In this document: positions 1-8,527 of the stretch, piece after piece
How positions within the stretch are numbered: the stretch's first letter is position 1
Layout of the letters: each line of letters begins with the position of its first letter
Virus record (IMG/VR): IMGVR_UViG_3300045972_000138
Coordinates: 1 to 64,000 of that record
DNA length: 64,000 bases
Strand: one strand, 5' to 3'
The notes under the pieces: generated by a model
What the model was told of the DNA's origin: nothing
Database searches by the model: none
What the model saw: the letters and a program-made list of their open reading frames with translations, nothing else
Made by a program: the position numbers and the translations under genes

Positions 1-20
1 AAAGCGTTAGTAAACACCGT

Positions 21-96
21 GGGGGTGTAGCTCAGCTGGGAGAGCGGCTGCTTTGCAAGCAGTAGGTAGCGGGTTCGAGTCCTGTCACCTCCACCA
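21..96 (+). tRNA. tRNA-Ala(TGC)
   Basis: Full cloverleaf; anticodon loop TT-TGC-AA; G3:U70 Ala identity pair; encoded CCA. Confidence 0.97.
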
Positions 97-104
97 CAGA
101 ATAT

Positions 105-180
105 TCTCCGATAGCTCAGTTGGTAGAGCAAGTGACTGTTAATCACTAGGTCCGTGGTTCGAGCCCACGTCGGGGAGCCA
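105..180 (+). tRNA. tRNA-Asn(GTT)
   Basis: Acceptor TCTCCGA/TCGGGGA, loop CT-GTT-AA, TTCGA T-loop, G73, CCA. Confidence 0.97.
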
Positions 181-202
181 ATTTTTATAAAGCGTAGTAC
201 AA

Positions 203-418
203 ATGCCGAAAGTCTTAACACCTGTAGAAAAGGCGGAGCAAGATGCAATTCGTGCAGTAAAGAAGGCCGAAGTCTTAGCACGACGCGCCGCAAAGAAAGT
301 AGAAGTTACCAAAGTAAAACAGTTTAAACACCGAATGGAAATAATCCGCACATTATGTGCTATTTTCGCAGTTGTATTAAACCTTTTCGTATTGACACAT
401 ATATTAGGATTTTGGTAA
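203..418 (+). CDS. Hypothetical protein with C-terminal TM helix
   Basis: 71 aa ORF, basic N-terminus, hydrophobic C-terminus; stop overlaps next ATG (TAATG). Confidence 0.7.
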   Translation: MPKVLTPVEKAEQDAIRAVKKAEVLARRAAKKVEVTKVKQFKHRMEIIRTLCAIFAVVLNLFVLTHILGFW

Positions 419-708
419 TGATAGATATTATAAAAGGCATTTATGCATACGCTGTTGCAGACTTCAAAGATAACCCACCTCGATTTACATTAGAAATACT
501 TGCTTGGTTGACTAGTATTATATGCAGTGTTACAATGGCACTTACAATTCCGCATCCACCATTTATGATATTGTATCCAATGTTTATATCGCAATGTTGT
601 GTATTTGGTTGGTCTGCGTGGACAAGAAAAAGTTTTGGTATGGTAGGTAATTATGTGTTATTGGTAAGTATTGATAGCGTTGCACTTACTAGATTATTTT
701 TAGGATAG
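418..708 (+). CDS. Small multi-pass membrane protein
   Basis: Start moved from 355 to the ATG at 418, coupled to the upstream TAA; about 3 hydrophobic segments. Confidence 0.7.
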   Translation: MIDIIKGIYAYAVADFKDNPPRFTLEILAWLTSIICSVTMALTIPHPPFMILYPMFISQCCVFGWSAWTRKSFGMVGNYVLLVSIDSVALTRLFLG

Positions 709-710
709 AT

Positions 711-1070
711 ATGCGAATAACTTACGAAGACGAATACGGTAATATATTGCTTGATCGAGATATGGATTATGTTGCATCTATCGGCGATTCGGTTGTATTG
801 GATGGCGAAGTGTATCGTGTAAAGGCACGTGAATTTGAGCCAGAAGAAAATAAAATTGCCGTCATTGTTACGCAAGGTTCTATAAAACAACCGGTTACAG
901 AAAGTAAAGATGCAGGTAGACACATACAGTTACACAATGCTATAATAGAACTTAATAAACGCCAAGATTTATCAGAAAAGAATCATCGTACATTAACCGA
1001 TAGTCTTAGTTCTATTAAACAAAGCGTAAATAGACAATTCAAAGAAATTAAACAACCTAAGAAAGAATAA
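711..1070 (+). CDS. Hypothetical protein (C-terminal coiled coil)
   Basis: 119 aa ORF tightly packed in operon. Confidence 0.7.
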   Translation: MRITYEDEYGNILLDRDMDYVASIGDSVVLDGEVYRVKAREFEPEENKIAVIVTQGSIKQPVTESKDAGRHIQLHNAIIELNKRQDLSEKNHRTLTDSLSSIKQSVNRQFKEIKQPKKE

Positions 1071-1071
1071 T

Positions 1072-1257
1072 ATGATTAAGCCAGATAAGAATTATAGAAT
1101 GTCTAAGTCTGCAAAGACAAAAATTGCATTGATGTGCAAGAATGCGTCTGAACGCAGTCATCTGAAGTCGTTGCTAATTCAAAGCGAATTGGCAGAAGTT
1201 GCTGCTCGCAAGCAGGCATTGAAGTCTAAAGGTGCCAAGGGTAAAGACGGAGAGTGA
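1072..1257 (+). CDS. Small basic hypothetical protein
   Basis: 61 aa, operon-packed, Lys-rich. Confidence 0.65.
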   Translation: MIKPDKNYRMSKSAKTKIALMCKNASERSHLKSLLIQSELAEVAARKQALKSKGAKGKDGE

Positions 1258-1268
1258 TAAATAAATAA

Positions 1269-1352
1269 CTTGCAATATGTAACCACCAAATTGGTATGCG
1301 CCGATCGTGGACCAGAGTATAGATGTAAATAATCATCCTACCCTATTGCAAG
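1269..1352 (+). ncRNA. Candidate small structured RNA in tRNA cluster
   Basis: Perfect 9-bp terminal stem CTTGCAATA/TATTGCAAG just after GATAAATA (1256-1263); internal hairpins ACCA/TGGT and GATG/CATC; no ORF. Confidence 0.4.
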
Positions 1353-1357
1353 GATTA

Positions 1358-1431
1358 GCCCCCATAAGCTAGTGGTAAACTAAATCATTGGTAATGATTA
1401 ATCCCGAGTTCGATTCTCGGTAGGGGCACCA
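1358..1431 (+). tRNA. tRNA-Thr(GGT)
   Basis: Stem AATCA/TGATT, loop TT-GGT-AA, T arm, CCA; one acceptor mismatch. Confidence 0.93.
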
Positions 1432-1437
1432 GGATAA

Positions 1438-1515
1438 CGCAGGATGGAGCAGTTTGGTAGCTCGCTAGGCTCATAACCTAGAGGTCGTTGGTTCAAATCC
1501 AACTCTCTGCAACCA
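1438..1515 (+). tRNA. tRNA-Met(CAT), probably initiator
   Basis: Loop CT-CAT-AA; C1:A72 mismatch and GGAGCAG..TGGTAGCTC D arm typical of fMet; acceptor stem slightly irregular. Confidence 0.88.
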
Positions 1516-1568
1516 GTATCTCGCCGAGGAAGATGTCGGTCACCTAATATGTGTGTAACTATTAAAAT

Positions 1569-1645
1569 GCCCTGGTGATGAAATTGGTAAACATAGCGGT
1601 CTAAGAAGCCGTAAGCTGCGAGTTCGAGTCTCGCTCAGGGCACCA
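1569..1645 (+). tRNA. tRNA-Leu(AAG), short variable loop
   Basis: Acceptor GCCCTGG/TCAGGGC, loop CT-AAG-AA, Leu-type D loop and A73, 5-nt variable loop, CCA. Confidence 0.85.
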
Positions 1646-1656
1646 ATATAATATTC

Positions 1657-1685
1657 TTGACATATATTCCCTGTTGCATTATACT
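1657..1685 (+). promoter_or_regulatory. sigma70-type promoter (early/middle)
   Basis: TTGACA-17 bp-TATACT; predicted +1 at or near ATG 1693. Confidence 0.8.
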
Positions 1686-1692
1686 GCTTTCT

Positions 1693-1956
1693 ATGGCACA
1701 TAAAATTGCATCAAGTATAGAGTGGACTAGTATAGAAACTATTTTGGTAAATAGTACATCGCACCTAATGTTTAGGAAAGATGTAGTTACGATGATACGG
1801 AATATACGGCCACGTATTAATGAGCTGTCTAAAGCCGAAGTCAACAAAAGACGCGGACTTTCTAATAATGTGGATGAATTACTAATTAGTATTAATAATG
1901 ATATTGATTTAGTTGAAGGTTATATTTTAGTTGCCGCATTAATCGGCAAGGCTTAA
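1693..1956 (+). CDS. Hypothetical protein, probably leaderless
   Basis: The track's start at 1657 is the -35 box; ATG 1693 lies 8 nt after the -10 box, no SD. Confidence 0.6.
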   Translation: MAHKIASSIEWTSIETILVNSTSHLMFRKDVVTMIRNIRPRINELSKAEVNKRRGLSNNVDELLISINNDIDLVEGYILVAALIGKA

Positions 1957-1959
1957 CCA

Positions 1960-3186
1960 GTGTACGAAGCTATGTTTTTTACCACCATAATTGCTATTGC
2001 GACACCTAGCGTAGTTTTGCTTACGAATGTACTTGTGATAACAGGTATAATGTTTGCACTCAATTGGTTGGTATTACTTACGCAGACCAACACTTCTCAC
2101 ATAGTTTATGCACAATTCATATTGATGAATGCGTGCTTTGTTATAGCAGCATTCGCATCCGTATATCTTCCAGGAGTTCAAAACCTACCATCTGTATTTG
2201 TCGGCTGGCAGTCATTTGTACCCATTATCTCAGATTTCTTTGCTGTATTAGGCGTTATGGTAACGCGGCACGCAAAACAAACACTAAGAGGAAAGCATCA
2301 CCGATACTGGCAAAAAACAATATTCATAATAGCATTCCTTATAATTAAGATTGCACTTGCACTAGCAGGTATTTCTTCAAGTTTTGTACACGTTATATTA
2401 TTTTCATCTGCAATGATTATATCGTCTGCAATGGCAGTATGGGATATAACAATGGATAAGAATAATACTCTAACTCAGGAAATAATTCAAGGATCGGCAT
2501 TTTATGTTATAATTGTTGCGATGGCTGTTAGAATATTTCAGGAATTCTACGGGATACAAACCGACCTAGGAGCAGAGGGTGACCTACCATTTGTATGGAG
2601 TTATTTCTTTTCGTTAATGATTATAAACATCACATTAATCTCTCAGGTAGCACAGGTTAAAATATTAGAAATAGTTAATCTAGCACAAATAGATAATCTA
2701 ACAGGTACTTGGTTAAGGAAATCAATGATTTCCAAAATCGAAGCAGAACATGCAAGATTTATACGCGATAATAAACCGTATTCTATTATATTATTTGATA
2801 TTGACCACTTTAAAAAGTTTAATGATACATTAGGTCACGCCGCCGGCGACGAGGCACTAAAATTTGTAGTAAATCAAGTCAGATCTAGTATACGGAAGAT
2901 TGATTCATTTGGTCGATGGGGTGGCGAAGAATTTGTTATCTTATTGCCACTAACAACAATTAACGATGCAATGCACGTTGCTGAAAAATTAAAGGTTAAA
3001 CTAGAATCTAGTTATTTTGAGTGGCACGATAAAAGCACAACCGTTACGTGTAGTTTTGGCGTAGCCGAATCAACCACAATGCATACAGTTGATGGTATAA
3101 TAACAGACGCAGATTCGGCCATGTATGCTGCAAAGAAAGCTGGTCGTAGTAGAGTAAAAGCATATTCGATTGACTCTGCGTTCTAA
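1960..3186 (+). CDS. Membrane-anchored GGDEF diguanylate cyclase
   Basis: Multiple N-terminal TM helices; DIDHFKKFND..GHAAGDEAL, RKID I-site (RxxD), GRWGGEEF active site, ADSAMYAAKKAGR. Confidence 0.95.
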   Translation: MYEAMFFTTIIAIATPSVVLLTNVLVITGIMFALNWLVLLTQTNTSHIVYAQFILMNACFVIAAFASVYLPGVQNLPSVFVGWQSFVPIISDFFAVLGVMVTRHAKQTLRGKHHRYWQKTIFIIAFLIIKIALALAGISSSFVHVILFSSAMIISSAMAVWDITMDKNNTLTQEIIQGSAFYVIIVAMAVRIFQEFYGIQTDLGAEGDLPFVWSYFFSLMIINITLISQVAQVKILEIVNLAQIDNLTGTWLRKSMISKIEAEHARFIRDNKPYSIILFDIDHFKKFNDTLGHAAGDEALKFVVNQVRSSIRKIDSFGRWGGEEFVILLPLTTINDAMHVAEKLKVKLESSYFEWHDKSTTVTCSFGVAESTTMHTVDGIITDADSAMYAAKKAGRSRVKAYSIDSAF

Positions 3187-3218
3187 TTCCTATATAATAG
3201 TAGCTCTAGGGGATTACT

Positions 3219-3614
3219 ATGCAAGATATTACAAGGAATGTTATGAACGCTATTAAAATGAACCGCCTCGAACTTTTAGAAATTGTTCGAGCAAACAAAC
3301 TTACTCACATTGCTGAATACAACGAAGCAGTTGAAGATTACAAAACTGTTGTTTTGGATATTGCTACAGCAAATGTCAAGGTAGCCAAGACTGCCAAACT
3401 GGAAGAATTTAAGAAGATTAAACGCACGCCCGATGCACCTGTTTCGTATGAATTAAGTTATGCTCGCGCTATTCGTATGCTCGAACTGTCTGTAGAAGAA
3501 ATTATCGAAGTCGAAGAAGATGTATTTAATCAATTAGTGCTCGACGAATGGCACTGGAAGCGTAGCTTCACAATGAGCAACTCGACATACAAAATCGGTG
3601 CATCTGCATATTAA
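3219..3614 (+). CDS. Conserved-looking phage hypothetical protein
   Basis: 131 aa, SD GGGG upstream. Confidence 0.75.
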   Translation: MQDITRNVMNAIKMNRLELLEIVRANKLTHIAEYNEAVEDYKTVVLDIATANVKVAKTAKLEEFKKIKRTPDAPVSYELSYARAIRMLELSVEEIIEVEEDVFNQLVLDEWHWKRSFTMSNSTYKIGASAY

Positions 3615-3636
3615 TTTTTAACTCTGAAAGAAAACT

Positions 3637-4149
3637 ATGGAATTTTTATTAGGTTTAGCTACTGGTTATTTGCTCACTTGGCCTGGCTTAATTGCCCTGC
3701 TTGTGTTGGGTACAATCTTTGAAGCAAATGAAGCTCACAGCTGGGCAACATTCACTGGAATTGTATCTATTGCTGTAGCATACTTCTTCTTTAGTATTCC
3801 ACTTATTACTCTTGCATATTACGCAGTAGGATATTTTGCTGTAGGATTTGTTTGGAGTTTCTGGCGTTACAAGCGTCATAAAGATAAAATCGTTGAAGAA
3901 TACAAAGATCAAAGTGAATCGGCTCGTCGTAGTGCATTGATGTACCTAGATCCGCGCCGTATGCTCAGTCAGCTCACAACTTGGGTGTTTATCTGGCCAT
4001 TTAGCATGGTTGAGAATGTATTGGGCGATATTATCAAACTAGTACAAACTGCAATCACTAAATTCTTCAAGGGTATTTACACACGTATCTATCTTGATGC
4101 AGTTAAGCAGTTGATGCCAGAAGTTGTGGAAGAAACAAGTGGAACCTAA
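3637..4149 (+). CDS. Membrane protein
   Basis: 170 aa with 3-4 hydrophobic segments. Confidence 0.75.
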   Translation: MEFLLGLATGYLLTWPGLIALLVLGTIFEANEAHSWATFTGIVSIAVAYFFFSIPLITLAYYAVGYFAVGFVWSFWRYKRHKDKIVEEYKDQSESARRSALMYLDPRRMLSQLTTWVFIWPFSMVENVLGDIIKLVQTAITKFFKGIYTRIYLDAVKQLMPEVVEETSGT

Positions 4150-4531
4150 ACAAGTAATTGTTATGCGTAAGTTTCCTAGTCTACGGACTGGGAAATATTG
4201 TGCCCAGGCTGCACACGCTAGTATGGCAGCAATACTTAGCGTTGCAAAAGTAGACGAATACGGCGATAAACTTATTATCAACTTATACAACCAAGATTTA
4301 AAAACTTGGTTGGTAACTGGTAGGTTTAAGAAAGTAACAGTATACGTAGAAACTGAACAGGAACTAATTGATCTATACGATACGGCACGGAAGGCAGGTT
4401 TACCTTCTGCAATTATTAAAGATGCTGGCTTGACCGAGTTCAATGGTGTACCTACTATTACTGCCGTAGGAATTGGTCCAGGTAGCGTAGAAGAAATTGA
4501 TGCAATTACTGGAAATTTAAAACTGTTTTAA
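4139..4531 (+). CDS. pth2: Peptidyl-tRNA hydrolase, Pth2 family
   Basis: KQVIVMR..GKYCAQAAHAS, KKVTVYV, DAGLTE, TAVGIGP motifs; GTG start at 4139 preferred over 4124. Confidence 0.93.
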   Translation: MEPKQVIVMRKFPSLRTGKYCAQAAHASMAAILSVAKVDEYGDKLIINLYNQDLKTWLVTGRFKKVTVYVETEQELIDLYDTARKAGLPSAIIKDAGLTEFNGVPTITAVGIGPGSVEEIDAITGNLKLF

Positions 4532-4556
4532 GTTTCTCTATTCTAAATTACACCGC

Positions 4557-4586
4557 TTGCAATATAGCGGTGTCTTCTTTTATAAT
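4557..4586 (+). promoter_or_regulatory. sigma70-type promoter overlapping an 8-bp inverted repeat
   Basis: TTGCAA-18 bp-TATAAT; ACACCGCT/AGCGGTGT (4550-4573) may also terminate upstream transcription. Confidence 0.6.
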
Positions 4587-4591
4587 GCAAT

Positions 4592-5020
4592 ATGGGAAAA
4601 TTATTAAGCAAGACTGAAGTCACTGAACACGCAGATTGGTATTTCGATGATGCATATTATTCCAGTAGTGGTGGAACAAATGCAAAGTGGGTGTATCCTT
4701 GGCCCAACAAACAATTTCCAAATCACGTAGCAATACATAATGACGAGATAGATAAAGTAGCAATTCGCAAATGGATCGATAACAATGATATCGGCACCGT
4801 AATTTACGAATATGTAAGTAAGTCTTACCGTGTATGGTGGAGTGAAGATCTAAAGAAGCGAGAATGGGACCATACAAGTGAAATACATAATTGTTGGTTC
4901 TGCTTCTATTTCGAGGATAGCGAAGCGGCCTTGGCATTTAATCTAAATTTTGTGCATCTTGTTAGACCTTTAACTGAGGATCATCCAACACGACATCACG
5001 GAGAAAGGTACCATAGGTAA
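4592..5020 (+). CDS. Hypothetical protein, probably leaderless
   Basis: ATG 6 nt after TATAAT, no SD. Confidence 0.7.
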   Translation: MGKLLSKTEVTEHADWYFDDAYYSSSGGTNAKWVYPWPNKQFPNHVAIHNDEIDKVAIRKWIDNNDIGTVIYEYVSKSYRVWWSEDLKKREWDHTSEIHNCWFCFYFEDSEAALAFNLNFVHLVRPLTEDHPTRHHGERYHR

Positions 5021-5448
5021 TGTTTATTTTTTACAAAGAGTTAAGTTTGGAAGAAGGATTCGAAGTACTAGAGGACCCTCGACCAAAACAAAAGGTTGAT
5101 GGAGCTCGTGTCTCTTCTCCTAGCGGTGTTGCGTTGTGGAAATCGTTCTGGCAGCAAGGTAAGCGTATTAAGTGTTGGCATTGCGGGGTTGAAGCAGACA
5201 GATTTATTGTAAAGCACCACCCTAAAGATATGCAAAAACCGCCTGTTTTAGAGTTATACGCGCATACGGGGCACTCGCTTACAATGATGACACGTGATCA
5301 CATTATTCCGGCAAGTTTAGGTGGTGTAAATGATGTTGAGAACTTGCGCCCTGGTTGCGAAAAATGCAATAACAACCGTAAGAATAAAATGGATAAAGAA
5401 GATCAAGAATTTATGGATTCAAATCCACATTTAGTAAAGAAGGTGTAA
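5020..5448 (+). CDS. HNH endonuclease family protein
   Basis: CWHC ... TRDHIIPASLGGVNDVENLRPGCEKCNNNR. Confidence 0.88.
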   Translation: MFIFYKELSLEEGFEVLEDPRPKQKVDGARVSSPSGVALWKSFWQQGKRIKCWHCGVEADRFIVKHHPKDMQKPPVLELYAHTGHSLTMMTRDHIIPASLGGVNDVENLRPGCEKCNNNRKNKMDKEDQEFMDSNPHLVKKV

Positions 5449-5631
5449 ATGGCGACAGGTAATGCAGGAATGCTTACACCGTACGAGCAAGGCGTTGATC
5501 ACGCCCGCAGCGGATATGACTGGCAGCAAATTTATGATCAACCCGGAGAAGAAATTGAAGCCCAGGATTATAGAAATGGATATTTTAGAACAGTAGAACA
5601 GTTACTTAAAACTGGTAAGGAAATAAAATGA
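5449..5631 (+). CDS. Hypothetical protein
   Basis: 60 aa, coupled to both neighbours. Confidence 0.6.
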   Translation: MATGNAGMLTPYEQGVDHARSGYDWQQIYDQPGEEIEAQDYRNGYFRTVEQLLKTGKEIK

Positions 5632-6674
5632 GAAAATTAGCAACAATTAGAAAAATTAGCGATATACTTCCTATCGAAGGTGCTGACCTTATTGTACGGG
5701 TTAAAGTCGACGATTGGTATTGCGTTGCGTTGAAGACAGAATTCAATGTTGGCGACTTGTGCGTCTATTTTGAAATTGATAGCTTCATCCCTATTATCCC
5801 ACAAGTGGAACACCTTCGCGCCCGTGCATACAAGAAAATGGGCGACAAAGAAGGTATCCGTATTAAGACTATTAAACTGAAGGGTCAGATTAGCCAAGGT
5901 CTTGCATTACCGGTGTCTGTTTTAACAATGATAGAATCTGAGTTATTTGAGGGACTAGATGTATCATTCCCACTAGGTGTAGAAAAGTACGAACAACCTA
6001 TTCCGCAAGAACTTAATGGCCAAGTAAAAGGCAACTTCCCTACATTCATTAAAAAGACTGATCAGGAACGTTGCCAAAATATTGGTTACCAAATCTTTAC
6101 CGAAAATAAGGATGCCACATACGAAGTTACAATGAAGCTCGATGGTACTTCGTATACTGGTTTTCAAAATAACGGCGAAGATGGTGTATGCGGTCGTAAC
6201 TGGCAATTACAGCTCGACGAATGGAATGCAAGTAATGCACTTGTAAGAATGTTCATTGATAGCAAAATGCAATCCGCATTGCAAGCATACGGTAAGAACA
6301 TTGCTGTGCAAGGCGAATTTATGGGTCCAAAAATCCAAGCAAATCGCGAAGGTTTAACTACCTACACATTGTTTGTATTTGATATCTATGATATTGATAA
6401 TCAGTGTCAACTTAGCCCGGATAATCGTAGAGTTGCATTGCAGGCCTTATACGACCTTGGTATGAACAAAGATATGGTTCAGCACGTTCCTATTTTAGCA
6501 TATAATGTGACACTTGCAGATTTAGGTATATCAGATGTAGCTGGATTATTGAAAGCTGCAGAAGGACCTAGTATCAACCATGTAATTCGCGAAGGCGAAG
6601 TCTACAAGCGCATGGATGGCCTGTTTAGCTTTAAGGCTATTTCTAACGCATTCTTGCTGAAAGAAAAAGACTGA
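5628..6674 (+). CDS. ATP-dependent RNA ligase, DRB0094-like family
   Basis: N-terminal MRKLATIRKI..EGAD..GDLCVYFEIDS module; motif I KLDGTS, QGE, FVFDI, EGEV, FKAISN. Confidence 0.9.
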   Translation: MRKLATIRKISDILPIEGADLIVRVKVDDWYCVALKTEFNVGDLCVYFEIDSFIPIIPQVEHLRARAYKKMGDKEGIRIKTIKLKGQISQGLALPVSVLTMIESELFEGLDVSFPLGVEKYEQPIPQELNGQVKGNFPTFIKKTDQERCQNIGYQIFTENKDATYEVTMKLDGTSYTGFQNNGEDGVCGRNWQLQLDEWNASNALVRMFIDSKMQSALQAYGKNIAVQGEFMGPKIQANREGLTTYTLFVFDIYDIDNQCQLSPDNRRVALQALYDLGMNKDMVQHVPILAYNVTLADLGISDVAGLLKAAEGPSINHVIREGEVYKRMDGLFSFKAISNAFLLKEKD

Positions 6675-6716
6675 TACCTTGATAAATAGTACGAACAATT
6701 TATACAGGGGGTTAAT

Positions 6717-6788
6717 ATGGGCAATAGAGACAGACCAGGCAAAGAACCGAAGAAACCAAAGAAACCAGTAGTTCCTCCTAAAAAGTAA
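6717..6788 (+). CDS. 23-aa basic peptide MGNRDRPGKEPKKPKKPVVPPKK
   Basis: Below the track's cutoff; SD AGGGGG and late box GATAAATA at 6681. Confidence 0.55.
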   Translation: MGNRDRPGKEPKKPKKPVVPPKK

Positions 6789-6799
6789 TTAGGAGAGTT

Positions 6800-7489
6800 A
6801 TGCGGTTACAAGAACTCTTCGAGTCCTCCGAAGAAGACAGAGCATTAATTTCTCTGTCTTCCGCCATTTACTCTACTATCAAAACACACGATGGCGATCT
6901 TGGTACAATCGGCGATTTATACGATACATCTATTCCGGTATTAAACAATGTAAGCATATCGGTTAAAAGCGGTAACGAATTTTTAGAATATGCTACCGGC
7001 GCCAATAATATACAAGATCACAGTGGCAAGAAAGTTTATTCTGTATGGGATGCTGACACAAATTCTATTGTATTCAACAAAGACCTAATGCACGAGGATA
7101 GAATGAAAACTTCTGTAACTCACGAATTACGCCACGCATTAGATGAGATTAAATCGGGATCATATAAAGGCGGTGGCCTTGGTTATTTCACGCCAAAGAA
7201 AAAAGAACACAGGGACGACGAGACAACAAAATATAGGGCACAACCTGCGGAAATAAATGCACGATTTTCTGAGATCTTACATAAGCTAACTGATATTATT
7301 CCTAAACGTAAACAAGCGGTAGAACCTGCTGAACTTAAGAATAGGCTTATGCATGACCTCAACCATTTATTGGTCAAATATGAGATTGCAGATTTATTTC
7401 CAGAAAAGACGCAATCACGCGATTATAAGCGATTAATCAACCGAGCCTATGATTTTATAAACAAAGAAACAGCTATGTTGGGTTTATAA
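6800..7489 (+). CDS. Putative head-packaged protein with HExxH zincin-like motif
   Basis: N-terminal MRLQELFE; THELRHALDE; EINARF. Confidence 0.7.
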   Translation: MRLQELFESSEEDRALISLSSAIYSTIKTHDGDLGTIGDLYDTSIPVLNNVSISVKSGNEFLEYATGANNIQDHSGKKVYSVWDADTNSIVFNKDLMHEDRMKTSVTHELRHALDEIKSGSYKGGGLGYFTPKKKEHRDDETTKYRAQPAEINARFSEILHKLTDIIPKRKQAVEPAELKNRLMHDLNHLLVKYEIADLFPEKTQSRDYKRLINRAYDFINKETAMLGL

Positions 7490-7549
7490 CATACGTTATT
7501 TAAATATGTACATTTTGAATAAATATGTAGTAACTTATTGGGTGTAACA

Positions 7550-8020
7550 GTGGCAGAAGAAAATAAAGAGTTTAGTGATTCAGAGATTCGTGAGATGAGA
7601 GAAGCTCGCGAGGCTCGTGAAGCTCGCGAAGCAAGAAGTTTTGGTCGTCGTGCAGCCGATCTCGACGATATGGTAAGCACTAAGACTCGCGTGGCCGTTT
7701 TAGAAAAAATTGCAGAGAATCACGAAAACCGAATTAGTGATATGGAAGATTTTCATAGGTCTGTTGTTGAACGTCTTGACCAAAAAATACAAATGGATGC
7801 TACAAACCAAATCATCATTGAGCGCACATTGACAAAGGCTGTAACATCAATCGATACGTTATCTGAAAATCTTAAGGCTGCTGTGAAAAGTGCAAGCAAG
7901 GCAGAAGAGCTTGCATCAAAGCACGAAACAATTGGGGCGACCGTTATTAAATTAAGCGGATGGATTTTTGTTGCAATTGGCGGCATATGGGCAATAGTTA
8001 AATTTTTCTTAGGTGTGTGA
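7550..8020 (+). CDS. Coiled-coil protein with C-terminal TM helix
   Basis: GTG start at 7550; short REAREAREAR repeat; hydrophobic C-terminus. Confidence 0.65.
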   Translation: MAEENKEFSDSEIREMREAREAREAREARSFGRRAADLDDMVSTKTRVAVLEKIAENHENRISDMEDFHRSVVERLDQKIQMDATNQIIIERTLTKAVTSIDTLSENLKAAVKSASKAEELASKHETIGATVIKLSGWIFVAIGGIWAIVKFFLGV

Positions 8021-8448
8021 TGCTTATACAACTACTTTACATATCTAAACACAATGGTACTACTATTAATAATTTAGATAATTTTATGGCCGCTAATAGG
8101 ACACGAAATAAAGCTAACAATCTAACAAGCATATTGCTTTCTACAGACAAGTATTATTTACATTTGCTCGAAGGTACCCGCATTAGTGTGAATGCACTTT
8201 ACAACAGAATAAGCAGAGATGAGAAGCATTACGACTGCACAATACTTCGCTACATAGAAATAAAATCACGCGAGTTTGACCAATGGAGTGCCGAGCACGT
8301 TAGCATGAATGACTTTATATCCGACGGGTTTAACCTTTTATTCCCTAGGGGCGAAATACACATAGATACGCTTTCTGCTACTCAAGCAGTAACAATTATA
8401 CGAAGAATCCATGCACATTTGCTTGTAAAAGCAGAAATCTCAAGATAA
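8017..8448 (+). CDS. BLUF-domain protein (degenerate flavin site)
   Basis: QLLYIS, RNKANNLTSILL, YLHLLEG, LYNRISRDEKH, REFDQWSA align to the BLUF consensus; Gln->His and Met->Ala. Confidence 0.85.
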   Translation: MMLIQLLYISKHNGTTINNLDNFMAANRTRNKANNLTSILLSTDKYYLHLLEGTRISVNALYNRISRDEKHYDCTILRYIEIKSREFDQWSAEHVSMNDFISDGFNLLFPRGEIHIDTLSATQAVTIIRRIHAHLLVKAEISR

Positions 8449-8487
8449 TAGCGGTTTTAACCCTATTTTAGACACCTTTTTTTCCGG

Positions 8488-8517
8488 TTGACATAAATAC
8501 ATCTATAGTTATATACT
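8488..8517 (+). promoter_or_regulatory. sigma70-type promoter for ncRNA unit 0
   Basis: TTGACA-18 bp-TATACT; +1 near 8524, just before the unit stem at 8528. Confidence 0.7.
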
Positions 8518-8527
8518 ATGTTTATCG

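Noticed and set aside
7598-7632. REAREAREAR micro-repeat
   Set aside because: Short coding low-complexity stretch with varied codons; no sign of phase variation.
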